From Trueperaceae bacterium (GTDB lineage: Bacteria > Deinococcota > Deinococci > Deinococcales > Trueperaceae), in NCBI GenBank assembly GCA_965213925.1, contig OZ243927.1:3936001-4000000 (forward strand): DNA of 64,000 bases, written 5' to 3'. A program made the translations under genes and the position numbers. Shown piece after piece: positions 58,349-64,000 of the stretch; the first letter of the stretch is position 1; every line of letters starts with the position of its first letter. The notes below the pieces were generated by a model. It was not told the DNA's origin. It did not search any database and saw only the letters and a program-made list of their open reading frames with translations.

Positions 58349-60463
58349 TCAATCTGAACTCGCCGCCTGCGCCTCGCCCTGCACCCCTTCCTCCTGACGC
58401 ATCTTAAAGAAGTTGATCGCTAAAACCACGAGGATCAGTCCGAAACCGATGACCTCATAGAGCAAGTTCGGCCAGAAGATACCGACTAAACCTGCTGTAG
58501 CGAGGAGCCTCGAGACCAGATACATCTTCGTGAACATGTAACCTTCTAGCGCCGCCGCGAACGCCCCAAGCGCCGCGAACGCTGTGACGACGTTCCACGC
58601 GACAACGAGCACCGGACCGCCCGTAATAATCTCCGGGTTGAAGACCATGAAGAGCGGGATAAGGTAGAGCCCCTTCGCGAACTTCCACGCTTCGACGCCC
58701 GTCTTCATCGGGTCACTGTTGGCAATACCCGCTGCCGCAAACGCAGCTAGCGCGACAGGTGGCGTCACGTTCGAGTCTTGCGAGTACCAGAAGATGACCA
58801 AGTGCGCGATGATGAGCGGCACGCCGAACTCGTTCTGCAGGGCGGGCGCGGCGAGCACCGCTAAGACGATGTAACTTGCGGTGACGGGCAGACCTAAACC
58901 GAGGACGAGCGAAGCGATGGCGAGCAAGAGGAGCGCCAACAAGAGGTTACCGTTCGAAAACGAGAGCATCAGGGAGGAAAACTTGAGCCCGAGCCCGGTC
59001 AAGCCGATCACGCCAACCACGACGCCCGCGATGGCGCACGCGACGCTGACGGGCACAGCGTTTCTCGCGCCGACTTCCATCGCCTCGAAAAATTTACCCA
59101 ACCCGATCAGGAGCTGGCTCAGCATCGACTTAGAGGAACCCGCCTCCCCCTCTTCATCCTCTTCTAACCGCTCACCTCTTTGAATGAGGGCGTCGCCGAT
59201 TTCGTTGGAGGTTTGGCGCTCAAGCAGCCCCATCCCCTCTACCTCTTCCCGTTCGCCCGACGGCTGCGCATAGAAGTAGCGCACCAGCGCCCGCGCCACC
59301 GATACCACAACGATAGCGACGATGGCGATGAAGCCCACCAAGCTCGGCGAGATGTTCAGAAAGAGGAAATAGATGAGCGCCGCCAGTGGGATGAGGAAGT
59401 GCCAGCCCTCTTTGAACACGCTGCGCACGCTCGGCAGGTTCTCGTCCTTGATGCCTTTCATCCCCCGCTTCGCCGCGATGATATCTACGAAGAGGTAGAC
59501 CGTCGTGAAGTAGAGAATGGCAGGCAAAATACTCAGCTTGACGATGTCGAGGTAGGGCAAACCCGTATACTCGGCAATCAGAAACGCGCCTGCGCCCATA
59601 ATGGGCGGCATGATCTGACCGCCCGTACTCGCCGCCGCCTCCACGCCGCCCGCTTGCTCGGGTTTATAACCGAGCTGCTTCATCAGGGGAATCGTGAACG
59701 AACCGCTCGTCACAACGTTCGCAATCGCGCTGCCCGAGATCGAGCCCATGAACGCCGAGGCGACGACGGCTGCCTTCGCAGGTCCGCCGCGCTGCCGCCC
59801 CGCCGCCGCATACGCCAAGTCGATGAAGAACTTGCCGCCGCCCGTGACCTCTAAAAACGCGCCGAAAAGCACGAAGATAAAAACGAACGTCGCTGCGACG
59901 CCCAGCGGCACGCCGTAGATTCCCTCTTGCCCTAGATAGAGCTGCGCGACGATGCGGTCTACGCGGTAGCCCCTATGTTCCAATATTCCTGGTAAAACGT
60001 TACCTAAAAAGGGAACCGTCCCCCTCGGTCCCGCCATCGCGTAGAGGATGAAAATAAGCCCGATAACCGTAATAAAAAGCCCGATGACGCGGCGGCTCGC
60101 CTCCAAAAGCGTGACCACCGCAACCACGCCGACGATAATATCGGTCTGCGTCCAGAAGCCCGCTCGGTTGATGATGTCGTCTAAAAAGTAAACGAGGTAG
60201 AAGCCCGAGTACGCGCTCCCGAGGATGAACGCGCCGTCGATGAGCCAGCCCAAAATGCCGCGCTTGCGCTCTTTACCGAAAACCGGGAAGAGCAAGAATG
60301 CCAAGATCAAAATAAGCGCCAAGTGGATGCCGCGCTGATAGAAGAGGTTGAGGGCGACGAAGCCCGAGGTGTAGAGTTGGAAGAGGGAGAGACCAACCGC
60401 CACCGCAGAAATGGTCAATAAGATAACTTTAGGCTGGTGTGTGGGAGTATCTTGAACGCTCAC
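58349..60463 (-). CDS. TRAP transporter fused 4TM/12TM permease
   Basis: GGPAKAAV, SGSAIANV, ASTGGQIMPP and TPPVALAA motifs. Confidence 0.95.
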   Translation of the reverse strand: MSVQDTPTHQPKVILLTISAVAVGLSLFQLYTSGFVALNLFYQRGIHLALILILAFLLFPVFGKERKRGILGWLIDGAFILGSAYSGFYLVYFLDDIINRAGFWTQTDIIVGVVAVVTLLEASRRVIGLFITVIGLIFILYAMAGPRGTVPFLGNVLPGILEHRGYRVDRIVAQLYLGQEGIYGVPLGVAATFVFIFVLFGAFLEVTGGGKFFIDLAYAAAGRQRGGPAKAAVVASAFMGSISGSAIANVVTSGSFTIPLMKQLGYKPEQAGGVEAAASTGGQIMPPIMGAGAFLIAEYTGLPYLDIVKLSILPAILYFTTVYLFVDIIAAKRGMKGIKDENLPSVRSVFKEGWHFLIPLAALIYFLFLNISPSLVGFIAIVAIVVVSVARALVRYFYAQPSGEREEVEGMGLLERQTSNEIGDALIQRGERLEEDEEGEAGSSKSMLSQLLIGLGKFFEAMEVGARNAVPVSVACAIAGVVVGVIGLTGLGLKFSSLMLSFSNGNLLLALLLLAIASLVLGLGLPVTASYIVLAVLAAPALQNEFGVPLIIAHLVIFWYSQDSNVTPPVALAAFAAAGIANSDPMKTGVEAWKFAKGLYLIPLFMVFNPEIITGGPVLVVAWNVVTAFAALGAFAAALEGYMFTKMYLVSRLLATAGLVGIFWPNLLYEVIGFGLILVVLAINFFKMRQEEGVQGEAQAASSD

Positions 60464-60960
60464 GGTTTGATCCTTATCGTCACGCGCTCACCTGCGGCTA
60501 CGTCGCTCAGTGAATAGACCTGCCCGGCGTGAACGATGCGGTGATCCACCTCTTCGTAGCCGACTCTAAGCGCGTAGGCATTACCGATCACAGGCTCGTC
60601 GATATCTCTAATCCAGTAGCCGTGCGCGTCGTCGGACTCGAGCCGCCCCCGCCCCGGAATGTGCCCTAGCCCCGCGTCGAAAGAAGGCGTATGAGAATCC
60701 GTCAGCATCATTTGTCCCTCCCTATAAGCGTAGTAATCGCTGACTGTAATACCGGTGACGGAGTGGTTCCACAAAAGGTGCCAGGTGGTGTCTTCTGCTA
60801 GGTCGAGTTGTAAAAGGGTGACTTTTTGGGTTGCCCCTTGTGGCGTGACCTCTTGTTGAATGACCTCGAGATAGGGCGCAGCCAGCGTTAAACTGAAAAC
60901 CGCAAAGAGGAAGAGCAGAACACTCTTCCTCAATATCATCCCTAATCTATCACGCTTCAT
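60460..60960 (-). CDS. DUF1850-like TAXI-TRAP accessory protein
   Basis: WNHSV and FDAGLG motifs; conserved position in the operon. Confidence 0.75.
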   Translation of the reverse strand: MKRDRLGMILRKSVLLFLFAVFSLTLAAPYLEVIQQEVTPQGATQKVTLLQLDLAEDTTWHLLWNHSVTGITVSDYYAYREGQMMLTDSHTPSFDAGLGHIPGRGRLESDDAHGYWIRDIDEPVIGNAYALRVGYEEVDHRIVHAGQVYSLSDVAAGERVTIRIKP

Positions 60961-61923
60961 CTAGCCTGGCGGCATCAACTCTTGCGGCACCTCTTGCCCT
61001 GTCTCCTGGTAGTAGCGCGCCGCGCCAGGGTGAAAGGGAATGGGCGTCGCGTCTAAGCTAAACTCGATAGTCGTATTGTTCGCCGCTGGGTGAATCGCGA
61101 TGAGTTCGTCCACGTGGTCGTACATCGCTTGGGTCATCTGATAGGCCAACTCTTCGTCCATGTCCGCGTTGACGATCAAGACGTTCGGCGTGCTGATGGT
61201 CGTCACGTCCTCGTCTTGACCCGGATAGGTGCCGGCGGGTAGCGTGTAGGACGCGAAGACGGGCTCTTCCTCCTGCGCGGCGCTGATCTCCTCTTCGGAG
61301 AGGGAGATGATCGTGACATCCCTCGTCGTCGCCAAGTCAAGAATCGAACTCGTGGGCGGTCCGACGCTCCAGAAACCCGCGTCGATCTGACCGTCACGCA
61401 GAGCGTTCGCGGTCTCGTTGAAGTTCAAGCGGCGCTCGTCGATGTCGTCATAGGTGATGCCGTTGGCGTTCAGAATCGTTTCGGCGGAGAGTTCGGTGCC
61501 GCTCCCCGGTGCGCCTACCGAGACGCGCATACCCTCTAGGTCCGCTAAGGAGGCGATGCCCGAATCCGCGAGCGTCACGATCTGCACGGCGTTCGGGTAG
61601 ATGGAGCTTAGGGCGCGTAGATTATCGACCTGTCGCCCTTCGAAGTCGCCGGTGCCTTCGTACGCGGCGAGCACCGTGTCGGCGAGGGCTAAGGCCATGT
61701 CCGAGTCACCCCGAAAGACCAGCCCGACGTTCTCGACGGACGCGCCCGTGACCTCCGCCACCGCGTCGTAACCGTCGATATACTTGTTGACCAACTCGGC
61801 TAAGCCGCCGCCGTAAGGGTAGTAGACGCCGCCCGTGCCGCCCGTCGCGATGGACAAGCTTCCTTGAGCGAACGCGCCGCTTAGAGCGAGGGCTAGAAGC
61901 GACATAATGAACCGCAAGCGCAT
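60961..61923 (-). CDS. TAXI-family TRAP solute-binding protein
   Basis: IATGGTGGVYY, TGASVEN and PFHPGA..YY motifs; AAGGAGG RBS. Confidence 0.95.
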   Translation of the reverse strand: MRLRFIMSLLALALSGAFAQGSLSIATGGTGGVYYPYGGGLAELVNKYIDGYDAVAEVTGASVENVGLVFRGDSDMALALADTVLAAYEGTGDFEGRQVDNLRALSSIYPNAVQIVTLADSGIASLADLEGMRVSVGAPGSGTELSAETILNANGITYDDIDERRLNFNETANALRDGQIDAGFWSVGPPTSSILDLATTRDVTIISLSEEEISAAQEEEPVFASYTLPAGTYPGQDEDVTTISTPNVLIVNADMDEELAYQMTQAMYDHVDELIAIHPAANNTTIEFSLDATPIPFHPGAARYYQETGQEVPQELMPPG

Positions 61924-62112
61924 ATGTTCCTCCTTCAAATTGGTGTAAGGCTCACTATAGCAGATTGGCGCGAAAGGCGTCTTCATCATTACGTACAACA
62001 ATTCCATCGCCCGTTGCTACGCCACTGGTTGCGTCCATGTCTATTCGCATCCGCTTGTATGTGGAGTTTAGAACGTTCAGAAGCGGCTCGAGCACCCGTA
62101 CGCCTCACCCTT

Positions 62113-62733
62113 CTACACCTCGCGAATTCTCACACCTTCCAGTACCGTTTGAATAACCCGCCTCGCGTAAGCTTCGTCTAAGGGCGCATGTTCCAAGAGG
62201 AGCCGATACCAGGCTGCCCCAAGCATCATGTCAATGAGCGCGTCTTCATCGGCGCTTTTGCGCAGCTCGCCGCGCCGCTTGGCTCGCGCCAGCACGTTGC
62301 GAAGAGGTCCGCGCCAGTAGACGTGAAGCTGCGCGTAGGTTTTCAGAAAATCCGCGTCGAGTTGCGCCTCAGCCATGAGGGTTTTGTTCGCCAGAGCCGT
62401 CCCCCGGTCATACGCCTCGTTGAGCTTGAACACGGGCAGTAAGATAGCCTCTAGGTCACGCGCCACCTCGCCCGTGTCGGGTTCGGGTACGCGCACGTCG
62501 CTCGCCGCTATGTACGCCTCTAAGACAAGCTCGGCCTTGCCCTTCCACCAGCGGTAGATGGTCTGCTTGCCCACGCCCGCATGGGCCGCGATTCCTTCGA
62601 TAGTGAGATTTTTGTAACCTCCCTCTTCTAAAAGTTCGGTGGTCGCCTCCAGAATTGCCCGGTGCGACTTAGTATTGCGGCGTTTGATGTCGGGTTCCGT
62701 ATGATTTTTCTTTACTGTTTCCTCGCTCGACAT
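62113..62733 (-). CDS. TetR-family regulator
   Basis: IAAHAGVGKQTIYRWW. Confidence 0.93.
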   Translation of the reverse strand: MSSEETVKKNHTEPDIKRRNTKSHRAILEATTELLEEGGYKNLTIEGIAAHAGVGKQTIYRWWKGKAELVLEAYIAASDVRVPEPDTGEVARDLEAILLPVFKLNEAYDRGTALANKTLMAEAQLDADFLKTYAQLHVYWRGPLRNVLARAKRRGELRKSADEDALIDMMLGAAWYRLLLEHAPLDEAYARRVIQTVLEGVRIREV

Positions 62734-62748
62734 AAAACAGTGTACCTC

Positions 62749-62806
62749 TTGACAAGACGCTGCGTCTCGTCTATAGTCATTTTATTAAACGAGACGCCGC
62801 GTCTCG
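62749..62806 (+). promoter_or_regulatory. SDR promoter with two TetR operator palindromes
   Basis: TTGACA-N17-TATAGT; AGACG-N3-CGTCT at 62755-62767 and 62792-62804. Confidence 0.8.
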
Positions 62807-62824
62807 CTTAGAAAGGAGAAGCTG

Positions 62825-63544
62825 ATGAAAGAGGTCGCACTCGTTACCGGGGCAAGTCATGGGATTGGGTTGGAGGCTGTTCGGCAGCTCTCTCAAAAGG
62901 GGATGACGGTCATTCTTACAGCTAGGAACGAGGAGACAGGGCGGGCGGCGGTGCAAGAACTCACGGGTGAGGGGCTGGGGGTGCACTTCCTCCGGCTCGA
63001 CGTGTCGGAGAACGCGAGTGTGGAGAACGCCGTTAGCAAGGTCGAACAGGACTACGGAAAGTTAGACGTGCTCGTCAACAACGCCGCGGCCTTTGCCGAC
63101 TGGTCGGAGACGGCGAGCAGCGCCGACTTAGCGCACTCGCAAGCGGTCATGAACGTCAACCTCTTCGGTCCCTGGCGTGTCACCCAGGCGTTTCTGCCGC
63201 TTCTCAAAAAGAGTAAGCACGCGCGCATCGTCAACGTCTCCTCGGGCGCAGGCTCGCACGGCGAAGCTCAGTTTGGTCTCGCTGCGAGCCCGACCACCGC
63301 CAGCTACGCCGTTTCCAAAGCTGCGCTGAACGCGCTTACGGTGAAGCTCGCGGGCGAGCTTGAAGAGGTAGGAATGCGGGTCAACGCGGTAGACCCAGGT
63401 TTAACGGCGACCGCGCCCGGCATGGAGGAGATGGGCGCACGCCCTGTACCTGAAGGTGCGGCGAGCGTCGTTTGGGCGGCGACGCTGGATAAAGGTGGAC
63501 CCACAGGCGGATTCTACCGCGACGGTCAGCCGCTGCCCTGGTAG
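62825..63544 (+). CDS. SDR oxidoreductase (carbonyl reductase-like)
   Basis: TGASHGIG, NNA and YAVSK motifs. Confidence 0.93.
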   Translation: MKEVALVTGASHGIGLEAVRQLSQKGMTVILTARNEETGRAAVQELTGEGLGVHFLRLDVSENASVENAVSKVEQDYGKLDVLVNNAAAFADWSETASSADLAHSQAVMNVNLFGPWRVTQAFLPLLKKSKHARIVNVSSGAGSHGEAQFGLAASPTTASYAVSKAALNALTVKLAGELEEVGMRVNAVDPGLTATAPGMEEMGARPVPEGAASVVWAATLDKGGPTGGFYRDGQPLPW

Positions 63545-63590
63545 GCAAACAGGCTCACATCTACCACGTATTCGGTCAGCGAGGGCGCTC

Positions 63591-64000
63591 TTAGAGCCAC
63601 GGAAACCCATAAGGCTCCCGCGCCGCGTGCGCCATCACCTCGTCGTTGTCATGACCCCTCACCTGCGTCAACAGGGGGAAGTCTTCGGGCGTTACCTGAA
63701 GTTTTACAAGAGGTCGGACAGGGTTCAAGTTAGCGTAATGAGGCTCATATATCCTCCCGTGCTTTCCAAGCATATAGGGTGGTTGCCGTACAAACCCGTC
63801 CGAAGACAGCACATAGACAACGCCTTCGCGCCAAGGGTAGCGCTTCAGAACCTCTTGCGTCACCGAAAAGAAATAGTGCATCCGCGTCCAACCCTCAGCC
63901 GCTTCAAACTGCAGCGCACCGTTAAGCATTCGTAAGCGGAAGTTCACGCGGTCAATCACCGCGTAAAAAACCGCCCAGATGCCGTCACCTGCAGCGAAGA
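63591..64000 (-). CDS. Hypothetical protein, 5' end outside the window
   Basis: Frame appears open to the edge; GVVYVL and PEDFP motifs. Confidence 0.6.
   Translation of the reverse strand, partial: FAAGDGIWAVFYAVIDRVNFRLRMLNGALQFEAAEGWTRMHYFFSVTQEVLKRYPWREGVVYVLSSDGFVRQPPYMLGKHGRIYEPHYANLNPVRPLVKLQVTPEDFPLLTQVRGHDNDEVMAHAAREPYGFPWL

Overview
GC-rich bacterial chromosome segment, probably Deinococcota (Truepera-like). This assignment is an inference from the many leaderless genes with a TANNNT box 5-7 nt before the start codon and from the gene content. The left and right thirds are mostly housekeeping or metabolic genes: treZ/treY, paaZ, carD, rsmA, hom/thrC, a frameshifted ychF, serS, proS, lpdA, a TAXI-TRAP transporter and TetR/SDR. 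The centre (27.4-49.7 kb) is an accessory defence and mobile region. In order it holds a WYL regulator, type I-E CRISPR array 1 (13 repeats), a toxin-antitoxin cluster containing a two-repeat mini-array, a complete type I-E cas operon, array 2 (15 repeats), a 5'-truncated hsdS, and an integrase/Xis/primase-Rep element next to tRNA-Ala(CGC). The most unusual observation is that the trailer repeat of each array runs into a 5'-truncated foreign gene: a phage MuF/gp7-like fragment, a higB fragment and an hsdS fragment. The mini-array's degenerate repeat keeps its hairpin through a compensatory change, as in CreA/CreR-like RNAs. The leader-proximal spacers have abnormal lengths (26, 41 and 12 nt). 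Other finds are a c-di-GMP-II riboswitch upstream of a secreted beta-helix lipoprotein and a leader-peptide attenuator upstream of proS. All calls were made by eye; no searches were run.
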